From Candidatus Poribacteria bacterium (lineage in GTDB: Bacteria; Poribacteria; WGA-4E; WGA-3G), in the NCBI GenBank assembly GCA_965242965.1, contig OZ251518.1, forward strand, positions 3,008,001 to 3,072,000: DNA of 64,000 bases, given 5' to 3'. Position 1 is the first letter of the stretch. Each line of letters begins with the position of its first letter. A model generated the notes under the pieces. The model was not told the origin of the DNA and ran no database searches. It worked only from the letters and a program-made list of their open reading frames with translations. The translations under genes and the position numbers were made by a program. Of the stretch, positions 9,529 to 18,951 are shown piece after piece.

Positions 9529-9732
9529 CTACTTGAGCGGATCGAAGCCACCGGGGTGATACGGGTGGCATTTTGAAAGTCGTTTCAGCGTTAGCCAGAT
9601 GCCTTTGAGGGTGCCATACTGTTCCAGTGCCTCCAGTGCATACTGCGAACAGGTAGGATAGAACCGGCAGGTGGGCGGCAGCAGCGGCGAAATAAACCTG
9701 CGATAAAAGCGAATGGCGTGTTGAAGTATCAT
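9529..9732 (-). CDS. yidD: Membrane protein insertion efficiency factor YidD
   Basis: [36 protein letters not shown]. Confidence 0.95.
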   Translation of the reverse strand: MILQHAIRFYRRFISPLLPPTCRFYPTCSQYALEALEQYGTLKGIWLTLKRLSKCHPYHPGGFDPLK

Positions 9733-9967
9733 TAGCGTCGCCCCTCCTCCACCGTAGCGCGAGGGCCTGTCCCTCGCGAACCCTCCCGGTCTCGCTGGCG
9801 TTGAAATATCATGAGCGTCGCCTCTCCTCCACCGTAGCGCGAGGGCCTGTCCCTCGCGAACCCTCCCGGTCTCGATTCCCCCACCGCCTCCACCGTAGCG
9901 CGAGGGCCTGTCTCTCGCGGTCCCTCCCGGTCTCGACGGCGTTGAAATATCATTAACGTCGCACCTC
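9733..9967. repeat. Three REP hairpins interleaved with copies of the yidD translation-start region
   Basis: gtagcgcgagggcctgtc(c/t)ctcgcg occurs 3 times. Variants of ttgaaatatcat..gcgtcgc occur 3 times, counting the real yidD start. Confidence 0.85.
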
Positions 9968-10330
9968 TCATTTCAAAATAGCGGCCCTACGAAAGAGACT
10001 AGACAATCCCCGTTGCGCCTCCTGACACGTCAGGGTGCAGGCAGCCGTTCTTCCGACAACCACCACATCGTAATGCGGATGTATCCGCGGCCGCAGTGCC
10101 CGGAACGCTTCACGGATGAGCCGTTTGACGCGATTACGTTGGACGCTTTTGCCCACTTTTTTGCTCGCCGTGATGCCCAAGCGCGCACCGGATACCGGCG
10201 CGTTTTCCAAGCGCGCGCAAACGTATATCACAAAATAGCGATTCAGGTATTTCCTACCCTTCTGATAGGCACGCTGGAATTCCCACCGTTTTTTCAGCCT
10301 GTCTGGATGCAGTATTTTTGTTGTTCGCAA
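9968..10330 (-). CDS. rnpA: Ribonuclease P protein component
   Basis: [13 protein letters not shown] and the RNR motif [28 protein letters not shown]. Start codon uncertain (TTG/GTG between 10330 and 10339); the longer ORF start lies inside repeats. Confidence 0.92.
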   Translation of the reverse strand: MRTTKILHPDRLKKRWEFQRAYQKGRKYLNRYFVIYVCARLENAPVSGARLGITASKKVGKSVQRNRVKRLIREAFRALRPRIHPHYDVVVVGRTAACTLTCQEAQRGLSSLFRRAAILK

Positions 10331-10341
10331 TGCCACCAATG

Positions 10342-10604
10342 CCCCCGTAGCGCGAGGGCCTGTCCCTCGCGATCGTCCGGTCAAGCGAATCGCCTCCGGC
10401 CCCCGTAGCGCGAGGGCCTGTCCCTCGCGATCGTCCGGTCAAGCGAATCGCCTCCGGCCCCCGTAGCGCGAGGGCCTGTCCCTCGCGATCGTCCCTGTCA
10501 CCGTAGCTCTCATCTTACCGTAGCGCGAGGGCCTGTCCCTCGCGATCCCTCGGTCAAGCGAATCGCCTCCGGCCCCCGTAGCGCGAGGGCCTGTCCCTCG
10601 CGAT
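10342..10604. repeat. Tandem array of five REP hairpins with 57-58 bp period
   Basis: gtagcgcgagggcctgtccctcgcgat starts at 10347, 10405, 10463, 10520 and 10578. Confidence 0.92.
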
Positions 10605-10610
10605 CCTGAG

Positions 10611-11150
10611 TCATCCCGAATAATCGTGGTTGAGATACAGATATTTCTTCCACGACGGATGATAACCGCGTCCATGATAACTGCCCGAACGATTCAGCTG
10701 CAAATAGGTAAGGATAGACGGAGTTTTCGGCTGCCGCTCCAACCACATCTTTGATTCCGAGACGAGGCTGTTGCCCTTTCTGTTATTACACTTTTTGCAC
10801 GCCGTAACGACGTTCTCCCATGTCGTAGCCCCACCGCGCGAGAGCGGCACAACGTGATCCAACGTCAGCAACGCCGTCGGGAATTCCTGCCGACAATATT
10901 GACACCGGTGCCGGTCGCGGACGAGAACGTTCTTCCGCGAGAATTTGACGACGCTGCGCGGCACATTGACATAGTTTACCAGCCGAATGACATGTGGCAC
11001 ATGCATCACCGCGCTCGGAGAATGGATGACCGCGTCCGATGCCTCCTCCGTCTGCGCCGTCCCCTTGAAAACCATCTTCAAGGCGCGCCGCATATTACAA
11101 ATGTTAATCGCCTCATAACTGGCATTGAGAACTAATACGGATGTTTCCAT
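10611..11150 (-). CDS. HNH endonuclease (McrA-like standalone family)
   Basis: N-terminal VLVLNASYE, RDRHRCQYC, LTLDHVVPLSRGG..TWENVVTACKKCNNRKG. Confidence 0.9.
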   Translation of the reverse strand: METSVLVLNASYEAINICNMRRALKMVFKGTAQTEEASDAVIHSPSAVMHVPHVIRLVNYVNVPRSVVKFSRKNVLVRDRHRCQYCRQEFPTALLTLDHVVPLSRGGATTWENVVTACKKCNNRKGNSLVSESKMWLERQPKTPSILTYLQLNRSGSYHGRGYHPSWKKYLYLNHDYSG

Positions 11151-11215
11151 TGAATTTCCCCCTCACAGAGCCAGTTCGTTTCCACAACCTACCGCCGATT
11201 TTAGAATCTGTATAT

Positions 11216-11244
11216 ATTTTACCACATTTTCCGTTAAAATGCAA
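11216..11244 (-). promoter_or_regulatory. Putative sigma70 promoter for the HNH gene
   Basis: TTGCAT-17-TAAAAT with extended TG on the minus strand. Confidence 0.45.
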
Positions 11245-11389
11245 TAAATTTTTTGTATTGGCGTAAAGCGTTCGGTAAATCAGGTTTAGACCGGGAAACT
11301 TACCCGTGCCTATCCGGTTCCCCCTGGTGCCTTCTCGGCTAAGATTTCTCTGGCGAGATTTCTTTTCGTGCGTGAAAAGATAAAATCGG

Positions 11390-11418
11390 TTGACATTTCG
11401 CCGTGATTGTGGTATCAT
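11390..11418 (+). promoter_or_regulatory. Putative sigma70 promoter
   Basis: TTGACA-17-TATCAT with extended -10 TG. Points through a repeat cassette toward the E1-alpha gene. Confidence 0.55.
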
Positions 11419-11426
11419 ATTTCTAT

Positions 11427-11890
11427 GAGGGTGTTTCATAACTCCGTTAGGGATGCCTCTTTAGGTCCTTTAGGTCCTACATGTCTATAGAAAAACAGAC
11501 ATGTCACTGTTTTCAAGGTCCGCTAGGACCTTAATCAAGCGGCAGCGAGGTGAGCCGCTGCACATTAAGGTCCTACAGACCTTAGGGTGCTCTGTGTGCA
11601 GGATGCTATAGACATTAAGGTCTTACAGACCTGAGGCATGGCGAGGGCCTGTCCCTCGCCCTCCGGTGAACGGGGCCGATTTCTTAGTTGTTACCGTAGC
11701 GCGGGGGCCTGTCCCCCGCGATCTCTCAACCTTTGCTGAAAACGCCCGCAGTCCAGAGACCACGGATGGTTGCTGTTCAGACCGGGGCATGGCGAGGGAC
11801 AGGCCCTCGCCCTACGTGAAGGGGCGGCGTTTTTTCGCCGTAGCAGGGGCCTGTCACCGCGACGTTGAACGAATTATGAAACACCCTCAT
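11427..11890. mobile_element. MITE-like composite element with inverted ends TGAGGGTGTTTCATA...TATGAAACACCCTCA
   Basis: Perfect 15-bp inverted ends enclose a CTATAG foldback and GTAG hairpins. No transposase inside. Confidence 0.65.
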
Positions 11891-11938
11891 TTCTATAGCA
11901 ACAAAATAGGCAAAGGATACGTTTGTGAGGAAAGAATT

Positions 11939-12922
11939 ATGTCAAAACCAAGCCAAGACCGGATGCTTTGGATGTACCGCAAGATGGTAGAAATCCGTCA
12001 GTTTGAAGAAGCCGCTGGAACGCTGTATCAGAGTGGACAACTTCCCGGCTTCCTGCACCTCTATATCGGTGAAGAAGCCACAGCCGTCGGCGTTTGCGCA
12101 CACCTCGAAGATGCCGATTACATTACCAGCACGCACCGCGGCCACGGGCATCTCATCGCGAAGGGTGGCAAACGCGACCGGATGATGGCAGAGTTGTTCG
12201 CCCGCACGACAGGCTACTGCAAAGGCAAAGGCGGCTCCATGCACATCGCCGATAAAGCCACAGGCATTTTAGGAGCCAACGGCGTTGTCGGCGCAGGCAT
12301 TCCCCTCGCCGCCGGTGCTGGGCTCTCCGCCAAACTCCGCGGCACACAGCAAGTCGCCGTCTCCTTCTTCGGCGATGGCGCGACGAACCAAGGTGTCTTC
12401 CACGAAACGCTCAATCTCGCCGCCGTGTGGGACTTGCCCGTAGTGTTTGTCTGTGAAAACAACCGCTTCGGGATGGGCACGCCGCAGCGCGAACATCAAC
12501 GTGTAGAGGATATCGCCGTGCGCGCGCCTGCCTACGATATGCCCGGTGTCACCGTCGATGGAAACGATGTGCTGAAGGTTTACGATGCAGCGCGGGAAGC
12601 AGTCACGCGCGCACGCGAAGGCGACGGCCCGACGCTGCTCAATTGCGATACCTATCGGTTCCGAGGGCACCACATCGGCGACCCGGGCACATCCTATCGT
12701 GACAGGGAAGAAGTGCAAGAACAGGAACGCAAACGCGACCCGATTCGGCGGCTCGCAGCCGTTCTCACCGAAGAGGAAGGCGTTACCGAAGCGCAACTCT
12801 CGGAGATTGAAGCAGAACTTGCGAAGGATTTGGAAGACGCGCTCGCGTTCGCCAAAAATAGTCCCGAACCGCTCCCCGAAGATGCTTTGGAAGATCTGTA
12901 TGCCGGCACTATCACAGTTTGA
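11939..12922 (+). CDS. TPP-dependent dehydrogenase E1 alpha subunit (pyruvate/acetoin type)
   Basis: GFLHLYIGEEA, STHRGHGH, GKGGSMH, TPP motif GDGA..NQG...ENN, TYRFRGHHIGDPG..YR. The ORF's longer start lies inside the repeat cassette. Confidence 0.93.
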   Translation: MSKPSQDRMLWMYRKMVEIRQFEEAAGTLYQSGQLPGFLHLYIGEEATAVGVCAHLEDADYITSTHRGHGHLIAKGGKRDRMMAELFARTTGYCKGKGGSMHIADKATGILGANGVVGAGIPLAAGAGLSAKLRGTQQVAVSFFGDGATNQGVFHETLNLAAVWDLPVVFVCENNRFGMGTPQREHQRVEDIAVRAPAYDMPGVTVDGNDVLKVYDAAREAVTRAREGDGPTLLNCDTYRFRGHHIGDPGTSYRDREEVQEQERKRDPIRRLAAVLTEEEGVTEAQLSEIEAELAKDLEDALAFAKNSPEPLPEDALEDLYAGTITV

Positions 12923-12975
12923 TGACGGTGACAGTTTGATGACGGTCCAACCGTAAGCAACTTTCACTGAGGACT

Positions 12976-13366
12976 GAGGGTGTTTCATAAATCGCTCAAC
13001 GTGCAGGTAGGAGAGACCTCGGGTCTCGATGCATCCGGTAGGAGAGACCTCCTGGTCTCGATGTTCCCGTAGCGCGGGGGACAGGCCCCCGCGAGCACTC
13101 AAGAACCGTTTTTTATCGTAGCGCGGGGGACAGGCCCCCGCGATGGCCAGCGTCAAGAGGTGTGTTGCCGTTTCTGTAGTTTGTGATCACCTAATCACAA
13201 ACAGGTCAGGATCAGGCGATCCTGACCTACAGGGGTGCTGAAGTCTGCCAGTCTCGATGCAACACCGTAGGAGAGCCTTCCTGGTCTCGATGCATGCCGG
13301 GGAAACGGAATCGTTCGGGGTGTCACGAAACCCTTTTGACAACAACGAGTTATGAAACACCATCAC
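12976..13366. mobile_element. MITE-like composite REP cassette with inverted GAGGGTGTTTCATA ends
   Basis: Left end tgagggtgtttcataaatcgctcaacgt; right end tatgaaacaccatca. Internal GTAG hairpins of several families. Confidence 0.6.
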
Positions 13367-13405
13367 GGAAGACTCATCATGGACACGTCTATAGGAAACA
13401 AATCT

Positions 13406-15112
13406 ATGCAGGATTCCAGCCGAGATTCCCTCCAAGAAGGACAGAACGCGCTCTTTTACGGTGACTGTTTGGAGAATCTGCGGGAATACGTCGCAGACGA
13501 TTCGGTAGATGGCTGCTACCTCGATCCGCCGTTTAACTCCGATGCGAACTATAATCAGCCTTTTCGGAGCAGAGAGAAGGGGAAACAGCAGCGGGCCCCG
13601 GCGATGGCGTTCCATGATATGTGGCACTGGGACGCAGCCTCGCAGCGCGCTTATGAAAGGTTGCTTGCGTCGCCGCGCGCCGAGATTAGGGACATGGCGC
13701 GCGGGTTGTATCTCATCCTCGGAGAGAAGCCGATGACGGCTTACTGCTTCTATATGGCAGAACGGTTGCTTGAGTTGCATCGAGTGTTGAAACCGACAGG
13801 GAGCCTCTATCTGCACTGCGATGCAACGGCAAGTCACTATTTGAAAGTGGCGATGGACGCGATTTTCGGCGAAGAGAATTTTCGGAACGAGATCGCCTGG
13901 GTCTACGGAAAAGTGTCCAATGCGAAGGCGAATAAATTCCTGCGCGGGCACGACGTTATCCTCTTCTACGCGATGTCTCGCGATAGCACCTATAACGCGA
14001 TTTTTGAGGAGGACATCTCTCCGCGAAAACAGCAACTCATTCGGACAGGCTACAATACCAAGAACCAGAACGGGCTGCGCTACCTCTATATTTACGATGA
14101 CGAGGTAGTGAAGCAGAAAGAGCGCGAAGGGAAGTTGGCCCGGACAGATTTTGATGTCGTCCGTTATGTGGATGCAACGAAGGGGAATCGGGCAACCGAT
14201 GTCTTCACGATAAATATCCTGAATACGCAATCGCGCGAGAACATGGGGTATCCGACACAGAAGCCGCTTGCGCTGCTGGAGCGCATTATCACCGCCTGTT
14301 CCAATGAAGGGGATGTCATTCTCGATCCGTTTTGCGGCTGCGGCACGACGTTGCACGCCGCACAGAAACTCAACCGCCGCTGGCTCGGCATGGACATCAG
14401 TTACGGCGCGATTAACGTCGTTAAGGAACGGTTGCAGGATGCATTTCCGGATGACACTCTACGGCCTGGCCACGGGTTCACTGTTTACAACGCGCCGGCC
14501 TCTTACGCCGCCGCTGTTCAATTAGCCAATCTGGAAGTGGCAGAGGTGAAACAGGTTGAAGAGAAGAACAAAGGGCATCGCCGGAAGAAGCATCAGGCGC
14601 GCTATGATTTCCAGCACTTCATCCTGGGGCAGATTCGCGATGCGCGCGGCCGATTATTATTGCAACCGAGTCAAAGTCTGAGTCGTGATGGCGGCATCGA
14701 TGGTTGGGGCACACTCTATCTCGGCGTGGATGAACATGGCCAGGACAAAGAGGGGCTCATCCTCGTCCAAGTCAAGACGAGCAAACGTATCGGCCGGCGC
14801 GAGATAGACGAATTCTACGGTGTGATGAAGGCAGAGGAAGCGGCGATGGGCATCTTTATCAGCCTCTATGGACATCGCATCAACGGTTATGAAGATGTGT
14901 TGAGTCCGGAGGCGAAAGCGCGCGTGGAGTTGCTTCAGGCGCGGACATTTGTGCATCCGCTTGATGGGCTTGCGTGGCCGGAGTTCCAATTCTGGAGTGT
15001 GAGCGACTTAATGGAGAATCGGCAACCGCAGCTTCCGAGTTACGCCCGAAGTGAGGTGCCGCGGGCGGTTCGTGAAGCGGAGGAAACACAACTCAGGTTA
15101 GAAGTTCCATAG
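13406..15112 (+). CDS. Amino (N6/N4) DNA methyltransferase fused to a C-terminal Mrr-like nuclease domain
   Basis: YLDPPFNS (motif IV), YPTQKP..LLERII and DPFCGCGTT (SAM binding). C-terminal DGGIDG...ILVQVKTS...IGRREIDEFYG. The ATG at 13352 comes from the repeat end. Confidence 0.85.
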   Translation: MQDSSRDSLQEGQNALFYGDCLENLREYVADDSVDGCYLDPPFNSDANYNQPFRSREKGKQQRAPAMAFHDMWHWDAASQRAYERLLASPRAEIRDMARGLYLILGEKPMTAYCFYMAERLLELHRVLKPTGSLYLHCDATASHYLKVAMDAIFGEENFRNEIAWVYGKVSNAKANKFLRGHDVILFYAMSRDSTYNAIFEEDISPRKQQLIRTGYNTKNQNGLRYLYIYDDEVVKQKEREGKLARTDFDVVRYVDATKGNRATDVFTINILNTQSRENMGYPTQKPLALLERIITACSNEGDVILDPFCGCGTTLHAAQKLNRRWLGMDISYGAINVVKERLQDAFPDDTLRPGHGFTVYNAPASYAAAVQLANLEVAEVKQVEEKNKGHRRKKHQARYDFQHFILGQIRDARGRLLLQPSQSLSRDGGIDGWGTLYLGVDEHGQDKEGLILVQVKTSKRIGRREIDEFYGVMKAEEAAMGIFISLYGHRINGYEDVLSPEAKARVELLQARTFVHPLDGLAWPEFQFWSVSDLMENRQPQLPSYARSEVPRAVREAEETQLRLEVP

Positions 15113-15530
15113 CGCGTGGGCCCTCGGATGCCATACGCGCATCCGAGAGGGTTTCCCCCGCGATGGTTCAAGAACCGTTTTTTATCGTAGCGCGGGGGCC
15201 TGTCCCCCGCGATCTCCATCGTCAAGGTATGTTTTTTAGGTCTTTAGGACAAAGAGACGTTTTTTTATCGTAGCGCGTGGGCCCTCGGATGCCATACGCG
15301 CATCCGAGCGGGTTTCCCCCGCGATCTCCATCGTCCCGATGTGTGTTTCCCTCTCTGTAGTTTGTGATCGCCTGATCACAAACGGGTCAAGATCGCTTGG
15401 CAAATATGCCAGAGCTTCAGACGATCCTGCCCTACAGGGCCTGGCGTGCGAACGATGGCGAGGGACAGGCCCTCGCCCTACGTGAAGGGGCGGCGTTTTT
15501 TATTGTAGCGCGGGGGCCTGTCCCCCGCGA
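15108..15530. repeat. REP cluster including nested-hairpin variants
   Basis: Repeated gtagcgcgggggcctgtcccccgcg and gcgtgggccctcggatgccatacgcgcatccgag units. Confidence 0.85.
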
Positions 15531-15563
15531 ACGGAAACCACTCGGAAACCATAGAGGTGCATC

Positions 15564-16532
15564 ATGCACAAAGTAACAGCAACCTATGAGCCACGGGATG
15601 TGATGTCGCCAAAAGAATTGGCTGAATGTCGGCGGAATTTGGAACGCCAATGGGAGACGCAACGCGTAGATGCGGCAGTGCTGCGACGCGCGTGGGATAC
15701 GGCTTATCAAGTTGCGTCAATGCTCTATGAAGATTTTGAAGCGACGCAGGTTGCCGTCGTCGGTTCCCTTACCGAGAAAGGATGGTTCACAGAATTTTCG
15801 GATATTGACATCGCTGTCTGGGGGCTTTCAGCGGATGTATATTTTGACGCGCAACGAAAAACAAATCGCATGAGTCCAGAATTTAAGATCGATCTTGTCG
15901 ATTTCGCGGCTGCCCGCGGTCCGTTTCGTGAACGCCTTCTGAAACAAGCGATGCTTATTCGGAAACGGGAGATGGCCGCGCCCCAGTGGTGCGCGCAAGA
16001 AGTCAGTGCAATGTTCGTTGAAACGGGAGAAATTTACGAGATGCATCGAACTAAACTCACCCAACGTATCGGTGACGAACTCGGGAAAATTGAGCGGATT
16101 CTTGAAACTATCACGGAAGCAATGGGTGAACTTGACGTAGTCGCCGCTCGGCACAGGAAATTTTTAGAACATTCAATCGCCGAGAATCTCGCGAAGGTTT
16201 ACCATAACATTGAGCGGATTTTCGAGCGGATTGCCCGTGAGATAGACAGACATGTGCCGAGTGGCGAGGAGTGGCATAAAGCCTTGCTAGCGCAAATGGC
16301 AGAACCTCGCGCGCAACGGCCGCCTGTCGTCTCCCAAGAAACGGCGGTGCTACTTGAGGAGCTCTTAGAATTCCGCCACAAGGTTCGCAATATCTATCCC
16401 GAGGAACTGGTCTACGAGCTCACCGAGGCGCATGCAAAGCAGATTCACCGACTCTTTGCCCGCGTGTCCACTGACTTGGACAGGTTCGCGGATGCCCTCG
16501 CGCGGCACGAGAAGGATGAAGATATATCTTGA
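15564..16532 (+). CDS. Fused minimal nucleotidyltransferase (MNT) - HEPN (HepT-like) protein, copy 1
   Basis: N-terminal NTase motif VGSL...SDIDIAVWGL. C-terminal HEPN-like segments IERIFERIAREID..PSGEEWHKALL and LLEFRHKVRNIY. Confidence 0.8.
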   Translation: MHKVTATYEPRDVMSPKELAECRRNLERQWETQRVDAAVLRRAWDTAYQVASMLYEDFEATQVAVVGSLTEKGWFTEFSDIDIAVWGLSADVYFDAQRKTNRMSPEFKIDLVDFAAARGPFRERLLKQAMLIRKREMAAPQWCAQEVSAMFVETGEIYEMHRTKLTQRIGDELGKIERILETITEAMGELDVVAARHRKFLEHSIAENLAKVYHNIERIFERIAREIDRHVPSGEEWHKALLAQMAEPRAQRPPVVSQETAVLLEELLEFRHKVRNIYPEELVYELTEAHAKQIHRLFARVSTDLDRFADALARHEKDEDIS

Positions 16533-16559
16533 CATGCTTCACGCGGAGGAACTCGCCGC

Positions 16560-18506
16560 ATGCCGGATGATGAACGCCTACATAGCGCAAAAGGCGTAAC
16601 GTGGAAATCTATCGCCATCACGCTCGTGCTGATTCCGTTCAATTTCTATTGGATAATCGCGGGCGAAGTCGGGCTCGTCGGATATGCGCTGAATACCTAC
16701 GCCGTTCCGTTTTACAACGTCGTTTTCGTCGTCTTCGCATTGACGCTGCTCAACCTTGTCGTCAAGCGAACGCCGCGCCTAGTTCTACTTGACAATGCGG
16801 AGCTCCTCACGATATACATCCTGCTAAGCACGGCGTGCGCGTTCCCATCTATTACGCTAATGACGACGCTCGTCACAACCATCGGGCACGCCTTCTGGTT
16901 CGCCACCCCCGAAAACGAATGGAAGCAACTCTTTTGGGACTACCTGCCGAGATGGCTCCTCGTCGATGAACAGAAAGTGCTTGCAGGGTATTACACCGGT
17001 GAGTCAAGCCTCACGAAACTAGAAATTATCAGTGCCTGGTTCGTGCCGACGCTAGCGTGGGCGGCGTTCATGACAACTATCGTCCTCGTGATGCTGTGCA
17101 TTAACGTCATCTTGCGGAAGCAGTGGGTGGAACGCGAGCGGCTCGCCTATCCGATTACGCAAATCGCCTTTCACGTCACCCACAATACAAAATCGCTATT
17201 CTCGCATCGCATCACGTGGCTCGGATTCGGGATTGCCGCCGCAATTGCCGTGCTAAACGGGCTCAGTTTCCTCTATCCGACAATTCCGAGTCTGCCGATT
17301 AAACGCATCGGCGGATGGCAGGGGTTCGGGCATCTCTTCACAGAAAAGCCGTGGAACGCCATCGGCGGTATCAGCATGTCCTATTATCCATTCGTCATCG
17401 GGCTGGGGCTGTTGATGCCGTTGGATTTGGCGTTTTCGAGTTGGTTCTTCTTCCTCTTCTATAAGGCGCAATTGGTAATCGCCAGTGCCGCCGGGCTATC
17501 CAGTCTGCCGGGGTTTCCGTATATTGACAGGCAGTGCTTCGGTGCCGCGGTGGGGATTTTCATCTCCGTGTTCGTGCTGAACCTGCGGCATTTCCGAGGT
17601 GTTTTCCGCATTGCGCGCCACCGCACCGGCGAAGATGCAGATGAACCGGTATCTTACCAATTTGCGCTGTGGGGTATCATCGGTGGGCTCGCGCTACTCT
17701 TCCTCTTCTCCAGGCGTATCGGCATGTCGTTCTGGTTGATTCCGCCCTTTTTCGCCATCTATTTCATCATCGTCTTCGTGCTGACGCGGATGCGCGCCGA
17801 GCAAGGGTTTCCCGTGCATGCAATGGAGAACATGCCGAACCACCACATCCTCGTCGACAGTTTCGGCACGCGGGCGTTAGGCACGAATAACCTCGTTGCG
17901 TTGACGCTCTATCGCTGGTTCAATCGAAGTTACACCAGCAACCCGATGCCGCATCAATTAGAGGGCTTCAAACTCTTGGAACGTTCTGCTATCGCGCCGC
18001 GGCGATTGTTCTTCGCGCTGCTCGGTATTTCCGCGTTCGCCTCCGTCATGGTATTCGGCGTTATCCTGTATCTATTTTATACCTACGGCGCGTTAAATAT
18101 GAGCGGCACGAGCAGCTGGGCGACAGGATTTGGCGCGCGCGTCTTCAACGGGTTGCAACGCTGGCTCTATTATCCGACGGAACCGAATTTCTATGCCACC
18201 GGCGGCATCCTTTTCGGCTTGTGCTTTTCGACGGTTTTGATGTTCATGCGCGCGCGTTTCTTCTGGTGGCCCTTTCATCCGATCGGGTTTGTCGTCTGTA
18301 GCGATTGGGGGATGCGGTATCTCTGGAGTTGCATGTTAGTGAGTTCGGTTGTCAAGTGGGCAGTCTTGAAAATCGCAGGACCGCGGGCTTCGCAACGTTT
18401 AGTCAGGTTCGCGATAGGGTTGATGCTCGGCGATTTCACGGTAGGTGGCATTTGGAGTCTCATCAGCGTTGTGACGCAGCAGCCGATGTATAATTTTTGG
18501 CCTTAG
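16560..18506 (+). CDS. Polytopic membrane protein, DUF6785/DUF6784-like (putative transporter)
   Basis: Many hydrophobic segments; RKQWVERERLAYPI, WWPFHPIGF and GLMLGDF motifs. Confidence 0.75.
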   Translation: MPDDERLHSAKGVTWKSIAITLVLIPFNFYWIIAGEVGLVGYALNTYAVPFYNVVFVVFALTLLNLVVKRTPRLVLLDNAELLTIYILLSTACAFPSITLMTTLVTTIGHAFWFATPENEWKQLFWDYLPRWLLVDEQKVLAGYYTGESSLTKLEIISAWFVPTLAWAAFMTTIVLVMLCINVILRKQWVERERLAYPITQIAFHVTHNTKSLFSHRITWLGFGIAAAIAVLNGLSFLYPTIPSLPIKRIGGWQGFGHLFTEKPWNAIGGISMSYYPFVIGLGLLMPLDLAFSSWFFFLFYKAQLVIASAAGLSSLPGFPYIDRQCFGAAVGIFISVFVLNLRHFRGVFRIARHRTGEDADEPVSYQFALWGIIGGLALLFLFSRRIGMSFWLIPPFFAIYFIIVFVLTRMRAEQGFPVHAMENMPNHHILVDSFGTRALGTNNLVALTLYRWFNRSYTSNPMPHQLEGFKLLERSAIAPRRLFFALLGISAFASVMVFGVILYLFYTYGALNMSGTSSWATGFGARVFNGLQRWLYYPTEPNFYATGGILFGLCFSTVLMFMRARFFWWPFHPIGFVVCSDWGMRYLWSCMLVSSVVKWAVLKIAGPRASQRLVRFAIGLMLGDFTVGGIWSLISVVTQQPMYNFWP

Positions 18507-18594
18507 GATGGGAACCCCCCATTGTCTGAATCAGGATTTACAGGGTCACGTCTACAGAGAAGACATCTCTACAAGAAGGTGTCGGGCCCACCAC

Positions 18595-18890
18595 TGTAGT
18601 TCGGGATCGCCTGATCCCGAACGGGTCGACAGAAAAAAACGCCCCGCTTTACCGTAGGGCGAGGGCCTGTCCCTCGCCATGCGGCGGTCCACCGAACCGC
18701 TCTTTTAGGTCCGTCGGACCTAAATGTCTATAGACAAACGTGCCGCACCCTAGCAAGGTCCGTAGGCCCTTAATAAGGGTTAGAGTGTTGCATCGAGACG
18801 CGGGAGGTTTCTCCTACGGGACGCTCGCGGGGGACAGGCCCCCGCGCTACGGTAACCGGACAGTTTCTTGAGTTATGAAACCCCCTCAAA
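18595..18890. repeat. REP cassette with partial CTATAG foldback and TATGAAACCCCCTCA end
   Basis: Same repeat units as in the other cassettes. Confidence 0.85.
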
Positions 18891-18951
18891 TATCTCCAAT
18901 TTGCATTGCAACTCACTTTATGGTATCCTATTCCCCAAGGAGAGTTTTACC

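Noticed and set aside
10342-10604. CRISPR array
   Set aside because: Spacers are mostly copies of each other, the repeat is the window-wide REP hairpin, and there are no cas genes.
11150-11430. rpmH or oriC upstream of rnpA
   Set aside because: No L34-like ORF (MKRT.QP) and no cluster of DnaA boxes were seen.
11666-11938. N-terminal extensions of the E1-alpha, MNT-HEPN copy 3 (20027), MTase (13352) and rnpA (10384) ORFs
   Set aside because: The extensions run through repeat cassettes, and downstream starts fit family N-termini and RBS positions better.
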